The translations under genes and the position numbers were made by a program. A stretch of DNA of 64,000 bases, from assembly GCA_000002435.2 (NCBI GenBank), contig CM018789.1, one strand, 5' to 3'. Shown one piece after another: positions 1-10,354 of the stretch (the first letter of the stretch is position 1; the number at the start of each line of letters is the position of its first letter). Under the pieces are notes generated by a model. The model was not told the origin of the DNA, ran no database searches, and saw only the letters and a list, made by a program, of their open reading frames with translations. The DNA comes from Giardia intestinalis (taxonomy: Eukaryota).

Positions 1-3000
1 TCTGCTGCATCTGTTTCAGTCCTATTTCATATCGGAGAACAAACGGAGAGTAGAAGCGAACAGCTTCGTTTGGACGCTCTCCATAGACTTGCTGTTGTAA
101 ATGCCCTATTTCCGATTCTAGGTGGAGCCATTCCCTGTCGTCCGCAACACAGGTGAGCTCATCAAATGGATCAAAAATAAGTTTGTAGTCATCTATATAA
201 TAGTTGAATGTTGTATGTTCTATTTTCGCAGCCAAGTTCATCCACGCCTTAGATTGTCGGATGTTTCTCCCGGTAGCCTCCTCGGCTGATGCGATATTGT
301 AGCTGTTGGGACGAGGAGCCACAGGACGGTTGAAAAGCATCGGAGAATGGCTAGTACACCGAGTATCCACACCAGCATTGGCAGGGTCCTGGTTAGAAAT
401 GTTAAGATATATGGTGCTGACGGAAATCTTTGGATTTCGGAAGTCGATGAGCTCCTTGAGGCGAGGAAGCCCAAGGCCTCCGAGTGCGGAGGTTCCTGCT
501 GTATGGAACGTGTTGAGAGTAAGTTGTGTAGCGGGCTCGGAGACAGAGTGTCCAGCCAGTGGCCCAACAGGTTCTCCTGGAGAAACTTGGCCTCTAACAA
601 ACTTTTCCTCAATGGTTGCAAGAATTCTATCCAGTTGCTCACTGGTAAGACGGTATTTATAACAGCATGACTTTGAAGACAAGCATTGCCGCAGAATGAC
701 TCGGAATAGAGTAGATTCTTTCGGCCGAAAGGACTTTATCCTAGAGAGGAGCTTGTTCACCTTTTCTATAGCCTCAAAGGGCTTGAGATAGCATCTCCAC
801 GCAGACTCTCGGATCAATCTACTAACCTTGTTGATAGAGCCTGCTTGGATCTCTGATTGAATTATTCTGTCCAGATTCATCCCAAAGGTGAATTTCTTGA
901 CATCTGTGTCTAGGGTAATTCTAGAGCGCTGGAGCCAGATCCTCTCCAACAAGAGGACAATGTATTCGACAAGTATAGTGCTAATCGCAAAGTCTCGTTC
1001 TAGCACAAGTGATGATTTTACCCCAATATCCAGCCAAGAGTCGTCTATGTTTTCAGGAACATACCCAGGTGAGCTTTCTGCATCCATAAATAGCGCATAA
1101 TGGTTCTGTAGATATGACGATAATTCAGTAAAGGAAACCAGGTTATTATCCAGGACTAGATTGTCGAACCCTTTAGCTCTTAATTCGTCGTCACATACCT
1201 CGTAGAATGAAACTCCATCGCAGAGATGAGCGAATTGCTCGGGAGTATCACGGAGCTTGGCAATGATAACCGCGAATTTTTCCCGAACTAAAGTAGCGTA
1301 GAAATCGGTGCTCTCATCCATCTCAGTGTTCTGAAAATCGACTATCTGCGACCAATCAATATAGTGAGCACGCAAGAAGTCCATGTCACTTATGGAGAAG
1401 TCCTTGAATTCGCGGCTTTCTGATTTGTGCGGATCTATCCCGTCGTCTCCATATCGGAATGAAATAATCTCGTTGGAGTCATTGCGGACAGAGTTGTCAT
1501 AACGATAACAAACAGACTCCATTACCTTTAGGAGCTTTCTTTCAACATATCCGCTATCAGCTGTTTTGACCGCAGTGTCACACACTCCTTCACGTCCACC
1601 CACAGCATGGAAATAAAACTCTGCTGGATTTAGCCCCCTGATGAATGAGTTGAAAATGTAGCCCCGGCTCTCCATGTTTAAACTGCTGAAAGGACTGTAG
1701 CAGGGGAGAGACCTGTGGGTCTCGAACCTATGCGGCATGCGCTTGCTTTGGAGAAACTGTTGGCCCAATGACGATGAGATTTGCATCATATTGAATTTCT
1801 TCCCCTTCGACCCAGCGTTTATCATAACCAGAAGCGCATTTCTATGAGGAGCCGCATCGGTAATTACCTTCTCCAAGGCAAGAGAAGTGCCAGACACCTT
1901 TGAAATGACCTCTTGCTCAAATGCATCATTTCGGGACTGTCCTGGGGCCAGCTTAATTTTGTAATGAATAGATAGTTTAAACAGCTCACTGATGTCTTTT
2001 GAAAGCTTGGTCTGAATCTCAGCGACTTTCCTCTCAGTGTGTTCTGACGACACCATATCTCCCATTCCAACAGAGAACCCATGGTCCAGCATAAACCGAC
2101 ACACAACACGCTGACAATTATCGATGAACGCTCTGCATGGCTCAATGCCATAATCCCTAAAGAGGATGTGGATTAGTGCACTTTCAGTTCCTCCTACGAC
2201 AGATGATGCTATGCGACCACACATAACACTGCCATCCAGAAAAGAAATGTATTTGTCTGCATGTGCGGATATGTCTTTGGGATCTCCAGAGCGGTAAAAC
2301 ACACCTCTAGGTACAAACATAGAGAACACTTGTTTACCAGTCCACCGTGCTTCTGGATAGCAAATGGCGGGCTGGGAAACATTAAGGAGAACATGGTCAT
2401 TAGTATTCACGTTGCTTCCAGGGCGTTTAAAGTATGCGCCGTTATCGTTATTGATATTGTCCTCATATGCCTTTCGAGATGCGCTAGAGGCGCCATAATT
2501 GCCAGTAGAAAGATACGATCCTCGTCCATCAACTACACTACCAGTAGCAGAGTTACCCACCAAGTACGATGAAGAATCATACTCAGCAGGATTGTAAGAG
2601 CCAGAGGTGTGGTCACTAAAGTCGTAAGACATAGATGCTGAAGAGTGTCCTCGCTGGTTCACCGACCCCTTGTCGTATCTTTGCAGTTTGTGTGCATACG
2701 TAGGGTCGGAGGTTCTGCTAAATCCCATCCACATGATGTACTCACATACCCGTGCAAAGGGAATAGTTACATCCTTCCCTGTGAACAAGTAACAGCCCAA
2801 GAGAACATCCTGAACGATGTAGACGATGGGCCTGTTATCCTTGACGGAAACAACCTGGTTGCTCACCATGCAAAGCTCACTAATCTCTGCGACAGCCTCT
2901 AGACTCTGCAAGGCATGTAGGTTCATTTCGTCTCCATCAAAGTCTGCATTGTAGGAGGATGTCGCCGAAAGATTTAATCGATACGTGCTGTAAGGAAGGA

Positions 3001-4435
3001 CCTTCACACGGTGGCCCATAAAGGATGACTTGTGAAGGGTTGGCTGCCTGTTAAACAAGACATAATCACCATCAAGCAGATGCCTGTTAACTATGGTTCC
3101 TAGTGGAAGAGGATCGTTGGTGGTTTCTCCACCCAGTCGCCCGTCTGCGTCAGTGGAAGAGCCCCAGCCAGTTGAGTTTATTACCTGAGTGTCTATAAGC
3201 TGGACGGTGCCACTGGGAAGTGTCTTGCTGACGGCTCCAGGGTAGCGGTTGCCGTTGGAAACAAGCTTCATAAGAAAGTCACGGTTGCGTGCAGTAACAA
3301 CCTCTGGGAACGTAAGCCTACTTGCAACAGAACGAGGCACCCCTAACTCGTTGATGCTGATAGTCGGATCACCAGTAATAACGCTCCGTGAACAATAGTT
3401 AACGCGCTTTCCCATTAAGTTGCTTCTCATTCTACCATACTTTCCAGAAAGACGCTCGAAAATTCCCTTGGTGGGCACAGAACCTCCATCTGCGTTGAGT
3501 CCTTTGGCAGAGATGAGAGTCTTGTATGCGTTATAAATATCGTTGGGCCCAATTTGAGACTTAGCACCCGTGGCGCCACCGCCAGCGTTTAGACTATTAT
3601 TGTTGCAATCTCTTATATTGCGAAACAAGGAGACATACATTTCGGTCAATTGATCTTCTGCTGTTGTCCCATCTGTCCTAATTGAGGGACGAACTGCACG
3701 GGACCCTACCTGTATGGAGGAAATGATGAAGTTCTCTATATGGTCTCTCTTCAGACCCAACAGGACGATGTCATCTTTGTTGTAGCGCGTAATAAGGAGC
3801 TTACATGTGTGAGCATCCATTAGCTGATCTTGATCCTTGGCTTGCCTTGCAGTGCTTCCTCTTGTACTCTTAGAGACAGCTAGGATTAGTGGTTGTGGCG
3901 CCACGCCGTTCCTGGACGTCCCGGAAGCCTTCTTCCTGTAAAGTATATTCCTCTCACAGCAAGCAATCGTAGCTGATAGTTCCGCTAATTTTGGGAGAAA
4001 GTTCAGGGTTGGCGTAGTATCTCTGAGTCTGTTTAAAGCGTTTATGGCAAGCTCACGGTCTGTTTCCTTGAAGAGTCTAAAAAACTTTAGGTGATAGCAA
4101 TTGGGGCAAAAGCAATTCATCAAAGTAGCTAGGTCATCTATTATCATGGGGTGAAAGATGTCGTAACCAAATTTAACTACACCGAGGTGACCAGGACAGA
4201 GAACTGAGGGATCCTGGTCACCAGCCTTACCACTGCATGTGGGGCACTCGTTTTCTTCCTGGAAGATGACGCCTAAGCGAGTGCTGTTCAGCTCCGAGAA
4301 CATGCTCATTTGATCACTTGAAGACTCCCTTGGCACAATGGGAATAAGGGAATTCTTTTCGTTCTCGCTGAAAAGAGTAAAGCGAACACGCTTTGGGACT
4401 CCATAAGGAATCCGCAAAGCAAACTCTTTGTCCAT
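1..4435 (-). CDS. RPB1: DNA-directed RNA polymerase largest subunit, most like Pol II RPB1; partial, 3' end lies beyond the window's left edge
   Basis: Hand translation from the ATG at 4435 gives MDKEFALRIPYGVPKRVRFTLFSENEK...ECPTCSGKAGDQGPSVLCPGHLG, the N-terminal Zn motif of RNAP largest subunits. The reverse complement of 2922-2951 encodes NADFDGDEMN, the catalytic Mg site, followed by LHALQSLEAVAEISELCMVSNQVVSVKDNRPIV. Translation checks also give GKRVNYCSRSVITGDPT (~3380-3430), SLPCYSPFSSLNMESRGYIFNSFIRGLNPAEFYFHAVGGREGV (~1570-1690) and PGEPVGPLAGHSVSEPATQLTLNTFHTAGTSALGGLGLPRLKELIDF (~430-570). EPATQ and LPRLKEL fit Pol II better than Pol I or Pol III. The track omits this ORF because no stop lies inside the window. 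Confidence 0.85.
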   Translation of the reverse strand, partial: MDKEFALRIPYGVPKRVRFTLFSENEKNSLIPIVPRESSSDQMSMFSELNSTRLGVIFQEENECPTCSGKAGDQDPSVLCPGHLGVVKFGYDIFHPMIIDDLATLMNCFCPNCYHLKFFRLFKETDRELAINALNRLRDTTPTLNFLPKLAELSATIACCERNILYRKKASGTSRNGVAPQPLILAVSKSTRGSTARQAKDQDQLMDAHTCKLLITRYNKDDIVLLGLKRDHIENFIISSIQVGSRAVRPSIRTDGTTAEDQLTEMYVSLFRNIRDCNNNSLNAGGGATGAKSQIGPNDIYNAYKTLISAKGLNADGGSVPTKGIFERLSGKYGRMRSNLMGKRVNYCSRSVITGDPTISINELGVPRSVASRLTFPEVVTARNRDFLMKLVSNGNRYPGAVSKTLPSGTVQLIDTQVINSTGWGSSTDADGRLGGETTNDPLPLGTIVNRHLLDGDYVLFNRQPTLHKSSFMGHRVKVLPYSTYRLNLSATSSYNADFDGDEMNLHALQSLEAVAEISELCMVSNQVVSVKDNRPIVYIVQDVLLGCYLFTGKDVTIPFARVCEYIMWMGFSRTSDPTYAHKLQRYDKGSVNQRGHSSASMSYDFSDHTSGSYNPAEYDSSSYLVGNSATGSVVDGRGSYLSTGNYGASSASRKAYEDNINNDNGAYFKRPGSNVNTNDHVLLNVSQPAICYPEARWTGKQVFSMFVPRGVFYRSGDPKDISAHADKYISFLDGSVMCGRIASSVVGGTESALIHILFRDYGIEPCRAFIDNCQRVVCRFMLDHGFSVGMGDMVSSEHTERKVAEIQTKLSKDISELFKLSIHYKIKLAPGQSRNDAFEQEVISKVSGTSLALEKVITDAAPHRNALLVMINAGSKGKKFNMMQISSSLGQQFLQSKRMPHRFETHRSLPCYSPFSSLNMESRGYIFNSFIRGLNPAEFYFHAVGGREGVCDTAVKTADSGYVERKLLKVMESVCYRYDNSVRNDSNEIISFRYGDDGIDPHKSESREFKDFSISDMDFLRAHYIDWSQIVDFQNTEMDESTDFYATLVREKFAVIIAKLRDTPEQFAHLCDGVSFYEVCDDELRAKGFDNLVLDNNLVSFTELSSYLQNHYALFMDAESSPGYVPENIDDSWLDIGVKSSLVLERDFAISTILVEYIVLLLERIWLQRSRITLDTDVKKFTFGMNLDRIIQSEIQAGSINKVSRLIRESAWRCYLKPFEAIEKVNKLLSRIKSFRPKESTLFRVILRQCLSSKSCCYKYRLTSEQLDRILATIEEKFVRGQVSPGEPVGPLAGHSVSEPATQLTLNTFHTAGTSALGGLGLPRLKELIDFRNPKISVSTIYLNISNQDPANAGVDTRCTSHSPMLFNRPVAPRPNSYNIASAEEATGRNIRQSKAWMNLAAKIEHTTFNYYIDDYKLIFDPFDELTCVADDREWLHLESEIGHLQQQVYGERPNEAVRFYSPFVLRYEIGLKQMQQ

Positions 4436-4479
4436 TGTCTAGCTTTTTTTACACTTTTGCTTAAGCCAAAAAAAATACC
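4436..4479. promoter_or_regulatory. 44-bp divergent promoter region between RPB1 (-) and LeuRS (+) with an A-rich initiator (gccaaaaaaaatacc-ATG)
   Basis: Two divergent start codons lie 44 bp apart, with an A/T-rich tract immediately 5' of the LeuRS ATG. Giardia promoters are known to be very short AT-rich initiator-like elements. Confidence 0.5.
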
Positions 4480-7400
4480 ATGAAGTGCCTTTCTCGACTT
4501 CAGGCCATTGAGAAGAAATGGCAGCGGTACTGGAGCTCCAGGAACACCTTTATGGCCGAGCCTCCGGTTGGCTCCGATAGAGATAAGCGTGACTCCAAGA
4601 AGTTTTTCGTGACTTTTCCTTACCCCTACATGAATGGCAGGCTCCACCTAGGCCATCTCTTCTCTGCCACCCGTGCTGAGTTTGCCGTGGGCTATCATTT
4701 GATGAGGGGCGACAGTTCTCTGTTCCCGTTTGGCTTTCACGTAACAGGTATGCCCATCTGTGGGGCGGCTAAAAAGCTTGCCGATGAGATAGAGCACTAT
4801 GGTTGTCCACCTGTCCTACCGACTGCAGACAGTTTAGAGTTGCCCGGGAGTGTTACCGCCTCTGAGAATGCCATCGACAAAGTAGGTCAATTCAAGGCTA
4901 AGAAGGCCAAGCTCAATGCTAAGACGGTCTCCAAGTCGCAGTGGGATATACTTATCGACCTCGGTGTCCCCGAGAAAGAGATCCCCAAGTTCGTCGATCC
5001 CTATCATTGGGTTAAGCATTTTCCTGCTCTTTGTTATAAAGATATGTGCAAGTTTGGAGCGCGGGTGGACTGGAGGCGCTCTATGATCACAACGGATGCT
5101 AATCCATACTACGATTTATTCGTTAAATGGCAGTTTAGAAAGCTTTACCGTGATGGATACATCAAGTTTGGAAAGAGAAACTGCATATGGTCTCCCTTAG
5201 ATGGCCAGGCGTGTATGGATCATGATCGCTTCTCAGGTGAGGGGGTACAGCCACAAGAGTACATAGGCATCAAGCTCGAGCTTATAAATTATACCACTCT
5301 TCTGGAAGAGCAGCGTGAACAACAACAAGAGGGAGAGGAGGAAGGTGATGGCATGGATGATAGTCTGGCAGAAAAGCTGAACATTAAGCTTCCGCGCTTT
5401 TATAGCAATCCTAAAAACAAAGCAATATTTGATCAGCTCTGGGAGAATCAGGTAGATAACGCTAAAGTTTATCTCCTCGCTGCTACGCTCCGTCCTGAAA
5501 CGATGGTTGGCCAAACTAATTGCTGGGTCTTGCCGACAGGGAGGTACGGGGCATACTATATTAATAAGGATGAGGTAATCATCGTTTCAGAACATGCCGC
5601 CGTGAACATGGCCCACCAAGGGTTGAACAACAACAAGCCGTTTGGAGAATTGGATTTTATATGCGAAATATCTGGTTCTGATCTTCTCTTGGCTACCGTC
5701 CGAGCCCCTCTCAGTCCTTACGAGCAAATCTTTGTTTTGCCTCTGGAGACAATTAAGATGGATAAAGGAACAGGGATAGTGACATCTGTTCCTAGTGACG
5801 CGCCAGACGACTACGCGTGCTATAAGGATATCCTCGAGAATCGCAACGGAATCGCCGAAAAGTATGGAGTGGACGTTGGTCTGATGCTTGAGCCATACAG
5901 TCCTCTGCCAATTATAGAGATACCCGACATAGGGACTCTCTCTGCCGTGCGTCTTTGCGAGGAAAGCAACGTATCCTCGTTACATGATAGAGCAAAGCTA
6001 ACTCAGATAAAGGAGATTTGTTATACCAAGGGATTCTATACGGGAATCATGAAGATGGGCCCATTTGCCGGCCAGTGTGTAAAGGATTGCAAGCAAAGCT
6101 GCAGAGATCTCCTCGTCCAAAACAATCAATGCATAGTGTATTCTGAGCCAGAGTCAGAGGTCATTTCCCGCTCTAATTGCGTATGTGTCGTTGCTGCAGC
6201 TGATCAGTGGTACCTCGATTACGGAAATGTCGCATGGAAGGATAAGGTGCGCTACAACATCGAGAAGTATTTAAACACCTATCACGATGAGGTGAAAAAT
6301 CAGTTTAATCGTACAGTGGACGGGTTCAGAGAATGGGCTGCCTCTCGTTCTTTTGGTTTGGGAACAAAGCTGCCTTTCGACGAGAGATACGTCATTGAGT
6401 CGTTATCGGATAGCACAATTTACAATGCCTATTACACGGTTGCTCATTACCTTCAGGGAGGAAGCTTGGATGGATCTACCAGTCTATTTCCTGTCGAGAT
6501 TGTTGATGACTCCTTCTTTGATTATGTCTTTGATTTATCCAACAATCTTCCTGAAAAGTTCATGGAATACTTTAGTACTGATCCAGCTGGAGCTGACCGT
6601 TTGCATCAGCTTAAAAAGAGCCTTCTAGTTCCGGGAGTCAACTCTCAGATAATTCTTGCTATTAGATCTGCAGAAGACCTGCTCACTGCAATGAGAGAGT
6701 CTTTTTGCTTCTGGTACCCTGTGGACTTGCGTTGTTCTGGCAAGGATCTTATTCCAAACCACCTGACGATGATGTTGTACAATCATACCGCTATCTGGTC
6801 TGATGACGAGGCAAAATGGCCCAGAGGAATGCGTGCCAACGGACACCTTCAGCTCAATGATGCAAAAATGTCGAAGGCCACCGGGAACTTCTTGACAGCT
6901 GATGAGGCCATACGCAAGTACGGTGCAGATGCCGTTCGATTTGCCCTGGCTGACGCTGGTGATGGGCTTGACGATGCCAATTTCAGAGAGGAAACAGCGA
7001 ACAATGCTGTTCTGCGTCTCTATAATCTCCTTGCAACCTGTCAAGAACTTCTAGCAGCCAGTGCCGTGTGCTACCCCGAGTCTTATGAGGACATTTACAG
7101 CACAATTGAAGCAAGCTCTGCTGATTGCATACACGAATGTGTCTTCCTGGCATCTATACTCGATTGCACACTCCGTGCTTGTTCTGCATTTGAACGATGT
7201 AGTTTCCGGGAAGGACTTATCATCTCATTCAACGAATTGGGACACTCTCGGGACCAGTATATCCATAGTTGCGAGACGAGAAGAGTGCCTTATTGCCGCT
7301 TTCTCATCGAAGAGTACGTCAGCACCCAAGCCAAGCTTTTGGCTGTTATATGCCCACATATTGCCGAAGAACTCAACGCAGAGGTACTTGGTAGGTCGAA

Positions 7401-8001
7401 CTCCATCTTCCGTGATCCGCTCCAATCTCAGGATACACTAGCAGAGGCACTGAAGCAGCTGCGTGTGTTTCTCAAGATTGATGAATACGTACAAGCTACA
7501 ATTGTGCGTCTGAAAAACTATTTGGTGGACGTACTCAAACCTCGAAAAGATGGAACTGTGAAGCTTCCCAATGGTGCCAAGATTGCTCAGGTTTATGTAG
7601 CCCAAGACTGCCCTGAATGGCAAACTCGTGTTGCGGAGTTTCTCTCTAGCATGTATTATGACGAGACGGAGGAATATGGCGGATTAGGCGCTTTGCCAAA
7701 AGATGCCTCATCCCGCGTGAGCAAGTACTGCATAGACGTCCTAGAAACACCAAAGAAAGATCTTCAGAAAGTCATGAAGTACGCTGCACAACTCATATCT
7801 GCATCCAAGACAGACGGCCCGGACGCGCTAGTAACAAAGCTGCCGTTCTCGGAACATAAAGTCCTTTCTGCATACAGTGATGCAGTCAGAACTGGCCTAG
7901 GAGTTGAACAGATTTCTTTCTACATGGTTGGAGAAGGACCCGTGCCGCCTGAGTCTTGCAAAGCTGCTACGCCAGGAAAGCCAATAGTATTCTTTGAGTA
8001 A
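4480..8001 (+). CDS. Leucyl-tRNA synthetase, cytosolic (archaeal/eukaryotic) type, 1173 aa
   Basis: Class I aaRS HIGH motif (PYMNGRLHLGHLFS) near the N-terminus and KMSKS-type motif (NDAKMSKATGNF) with overall LeuRS-like architecture. ATG at 4480 verified. A-rich upstream. Confidence 0.9.
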   Translation: MKCLSRLQAIEKKWQRYWSSRNTFMAEPPVGSDRDKRDSKKFFVTFPYPYMNGRLHLGHLFSATRAEFAVGYHLMRGDSSLFPFGFHVTGMPICGAAKKLADEIEHYGCPPVLPTADSLELPGSVTASENAIDKVGQFKAKKAKLNAKTVSKSQWDILIDLGVPEKEIPKFVDPYHWVKHFPALCYKDMCKFGARVDWRRSMITTDANPYYDLFVKWQFRKLYRDGYIKFGKRNCIWSPLDGQACMDHDRFSGEGVQPQEYIGIKLELINYTTLLEEQREQQQEGEEEGDGMDDSLAEKLNIKLPRFYSNPKNKAIFDQLWENQVDNAKVYLLAATLRPETMVGQTNCWVLPTGRYGAYYINKDEVIIVSEHAAVNMAHQGLNNNKPFGELDFICEISGSDLLLATVRAPLSPYEQIFVLPLETIKMDKGTGIVTSVPSDAPDDYACYKDILENRNGIAEKYGVDVGLMLEPYSPLPIIEIPDIGTLSAVRLCEESNVSSLHDRAKLTQIKEICYTKGFYTGIMKMGPFAGQCVKDCKQSCRDLLVQNNQCIVYSEPESEVISRSNCVCVVAAADQWYLDYGNVAWKDKVRYNIEKYLNTYHDEVKNQFNRTVDGFREWAASRSFGLGTKLPFDERYVIESLSDSTIYNAYYTVAHYLQGGSLDGSTSLFPVEIVDDSFFDYVFDLSNNLPEKFMEYFSTDPAGADRLHQLKKSLLVPGVNSQIILAIRSAEDLLTAMRESFCFWYPVDLRCSGKDLIPNHLTMMLYNHTAIWSDDEAKWPRGMRANGHLQLNDAKMSKATGNFLTADEAIRKYGADAVRFALADAGDGLDDANFREETANNAVLRLYNLLATCQELLAASAVCYPESYEDIYSTIEASSADCIHECVFLASILDCTLRACSAFERCSFREGLIISFNELGHSRDQYIHSCETRRVPYCRFLIEEYVSTQAKLLAVICPHIAEELNAEVLGRSNSIFRDPLQSQDTLAEALKQLRVFLKIDEYVQATIVRLKNYLVDVLKPRKDGTVKLPNGAKIAQVYVAQDCPEWQTRVAEFLSSMYYDETEEYGGLGALPKDASSRVSKYCIDVLETPKKDLQKVMKYAAQLISASKTDGPDALVTKLPFSEHKVLSAYSDAVRTGLGVEQISFYMVGEGPVPPESCKAATPGKPIVFFE

Positions 8002-8014
8002 TGGATGCTATAGC

Positions 8015-8021
8015 AGTAAAC
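8015..8021 (+). terminator. Giardia-type polyadenylation signal AGTAAAC 14 nt after the LeuRS stop
   Basis: Exact match to the AGTRAAY consensus immediately downstream of TAA at 7999-8001. Confidence 0.55.
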
Positions 8022-8226
8022 CTGACTAACTATATCCGGCCGATCAGACTGTTTCTAGGTATTTCTGGAGGTTTGTACGTGTATTAGAACAAAAGCTACT
8101 CTAGTTCAAGGGTGGAGGAATCGCACAAAGGTAAGCAACTGAGACGAAAAGCAAATGAAGGGGCTGCGACACTTGGCTGCTGCTTGACACACTTACAGAG
8201 AAACTAGGTCACTCATTAGCAAGAGG

Positions 8227-10179
8227 CTACAGATTAAAGCGGAGATTGCTGTCCTGCTTATCGTCTGAATTGTGACCTTCTGCAAGGTTGATATCGCTCG
8301 TGTTATACAAAGGAGCCCATAGTGTAATGACATTACCTATTTGGGTGACGAGACCACTGAATTCTTCCACAAGTTCTTTGAACAGACTGGATGTGTTCTT
8401 GCAGAGATCCAGGGAGACAAACCTCGTGGAAATGAACCTCTTTATTAGCTCATAATCCTTCATTATTTCGCTATTCTTGTGTAGCCGAACATACTTCTCT
8501 AATAATTTGTACTGATAGTCTATTCTTTTTTGAATTTCTTTGACCTCAGGATTGATATTAAAAATTATTCCGGTCTTGTTGTCCAGAAACCGAACGTATA
8601 AACCATCCTGTGTGAGGATGGGGGTCCACGTTTTGGGTAGCGGTGCCTTAAGTGCAATCTTTATGCACTTATCTCCCCAGGAACTAATAGATTGGCGGAT
8701 TTGCTCTGTGTCTACCTGCTTATTTACCAAACTGTCTTCGATTGTCGATGCCATTGTTTGCTCGAGACAAAGTAGTTGTAAGTCACTGGGATCACATGAC
8801 GCGAGATTGATCCACCGATTCTGCACCCAAGAAACCTGTGCTTTAGCCAACAGCGAGACATCAAGAGACGGGCGCTTGTTTAAAAACGCTGCATGCGGTG
8901 AGGTTGCATCCATAGTAGAGGCTGCGGTCACCAATGGTGTGGAAGAAGTGTCAGATCCCAAAGACTCCACTTCATTCTCAGACATGTTATAGGAGGTGCG
9001 AGCCATTGCAGCGCCGAATGCAGCCTTTGTCAGGCCAAACATTTCTTGGATCCCTACTCTATATCCTTTATACAATAAATCTATAGGCCCATAGCCAGAG
9101 GGAAAAATGGAGATTCCGCCCATGTCCAATAGCTTGAGAGGAGGGTCTATTTGGGTACGTGTCACCCTGCTCTCAATAACAGGTGGACTGGGGTATCTAA
9201 GTGTCTTAGGCTTTTGACGAAATGTAGTTGTTTTGTGCTCTTCTGGCTTAATAGTGGGCTGCTTGGCAGACGCTTCTCCTGTACGGCAGAGCCGTAAAGA
9301 CTGAGCTTCTACCTGTCTTTGCTTGATGCTGATATTAGAGGTAACCCGCCCACCTTCTAGTGTGTTTGCGGTTGCTGTTATGCCAGTGATGGCTGTGGCA
9401 GGCTGATGTATGGAACCATATCTTTCTAATAACCCTAAGAAAGCCCCTAGCATGTCATTAGATGAGCAACTGGAGGCCTCAGTATTTTCATTCTTGGTTC
9501 TACACGCAGCAAGAGCTCGTTTTTGCTTTCTGGTAAGGAAGTACGACTCATCAGCACCTATGTAAGAACGGACAGCTGCTACAAAACGCAAGAAAGATGA
9601 CTCTGTTTGAGAAAAGGATGCAGAAGACGTAGCAGCGGGAGTCCTGATGGCATACTTGGTTAACGTAAACATCGTAAGAAGGACCTCCACTTGAACAGTG
9701 GCTACAAGCATTGCCAGAGCACCGAATGTCATATTGAGAGAAGCAGTATCCACGTAGCTATTATACAAGGCGATTACATAGCCCGTCTCCTGCTGGGCCT
9801 TGGTGGATAATGCTACCGCTGCTGCAAATAAAGATAGGTTAGCTTCATACGCTTTCGCAGAGTCCACAAGTGACATGAATTGTGGAAGACATGAATCAGG
9901 TATTCGCTCTAAGCAGGATTGATGGGCGCTGGTAATGCTCAAGAGTTGTGCATAATCCTCCTTGATCCTAATGTTCTCGGCCTGCTGGACGGTGATTAAG
10001 TGTGCTGACAACCGTCGCTTATTACACAGACGCTTCTGATCATCGTTCTTGGAAGTTGTCTCGGAAGTTAAGATGTTTAGGACGGGCTTAGTCTCTAACA
10101 AAAAGTGCTTACGCGCATCAACATTCTGGAGCAGGAGGTCCATACTGTGGTGAAGAGAACACTCCGTAGTTAAGTTCAT
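8227..10179 (-). CDS. Hypothetical protein, 650 aa, no recognisable domain
   Basis: Long uninterrupted ORF with ATG at 10177-10179 (verified) and no motifs I recognise. It is convergent with LeuRS. Confidence 0.6.
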   Translation of the reverse strand: MNLTTECSLHHSMDLLLQNVDARKHFLLETKPVLNILTSETTSKNDDQKRLCNKRRLSAHLITVQQAENIRIKEDYAQLLSITSAHQSCLERIPDSCLPQFMSLVDSAKAYEANLSLFAAAVALSTKAQQETGYVIALYNSYVDTASLNMTFGALAMLVATVQVEVLLTMFTLTKYAIRTPAATSSASFSQTESSFLRFVAAVRSYIGADESYFLTRKQKRALAACRTKNENTEASSCSSNDMLGAFLGLLERYGSIHQPATAITGITATANTLEGGRVTSNISIKQRQVEAQSLRLCRTGEASAKQPTIKPEEHKTTTFRQKPKTLRYPSPPVIESRVTRTQIDPPLKLLDMGGISIFPSGYGPIDLLYKGYRVGIQEMFGLTKAAFGAAMARTSYNMSENEVESLGSDTSSTPLVTAASTMDATSPHAAFLNKRPSLDVSLLAKAQVSWVQNRWINLASCDPSDLQLLCLEQTMASTIEDSLVNKQVDTEQIRQSISSWGDKCIKIALKAPLPKTWTPILTQDGLYVRFLDNKTGIIFNINPEVKEIQKRIDYQYKLLEKYVRLHKNSEIMKDYELIKRFISTRFVSLDLCKNTSSLFKELVEEFSGLVTQIGNVITLWAPLYNTSDINLAEGHNSDDKQDSNLRFNL

Positions 10180-10354
10180 AAGACCAGGCTAGCCTAAAGT
10201 TTAACAAGAACCTAAAGTTTATTGCTTATGTTCTAAGATAAGATAAAGACAAGAATACACAAAGTGGTTTGTGATCTCCCAGCTCTCAGCTCTCAGCTAG
10301 CTTATGTGATGTTTCTGACGGAGGTAGTGGAGGCAGTACGTCTGATGTAGAGTC

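Noticed and set aside
4306-4647. 113-aa minus-strand ORF overlapping the LeuRS start
   Set aside because: It is an alternative frame of the RPB1 5' end and promoter region. The real minus-strand frame starts at the ATG at 4435 and encodes the RNAP Zn-finger N-terminus.
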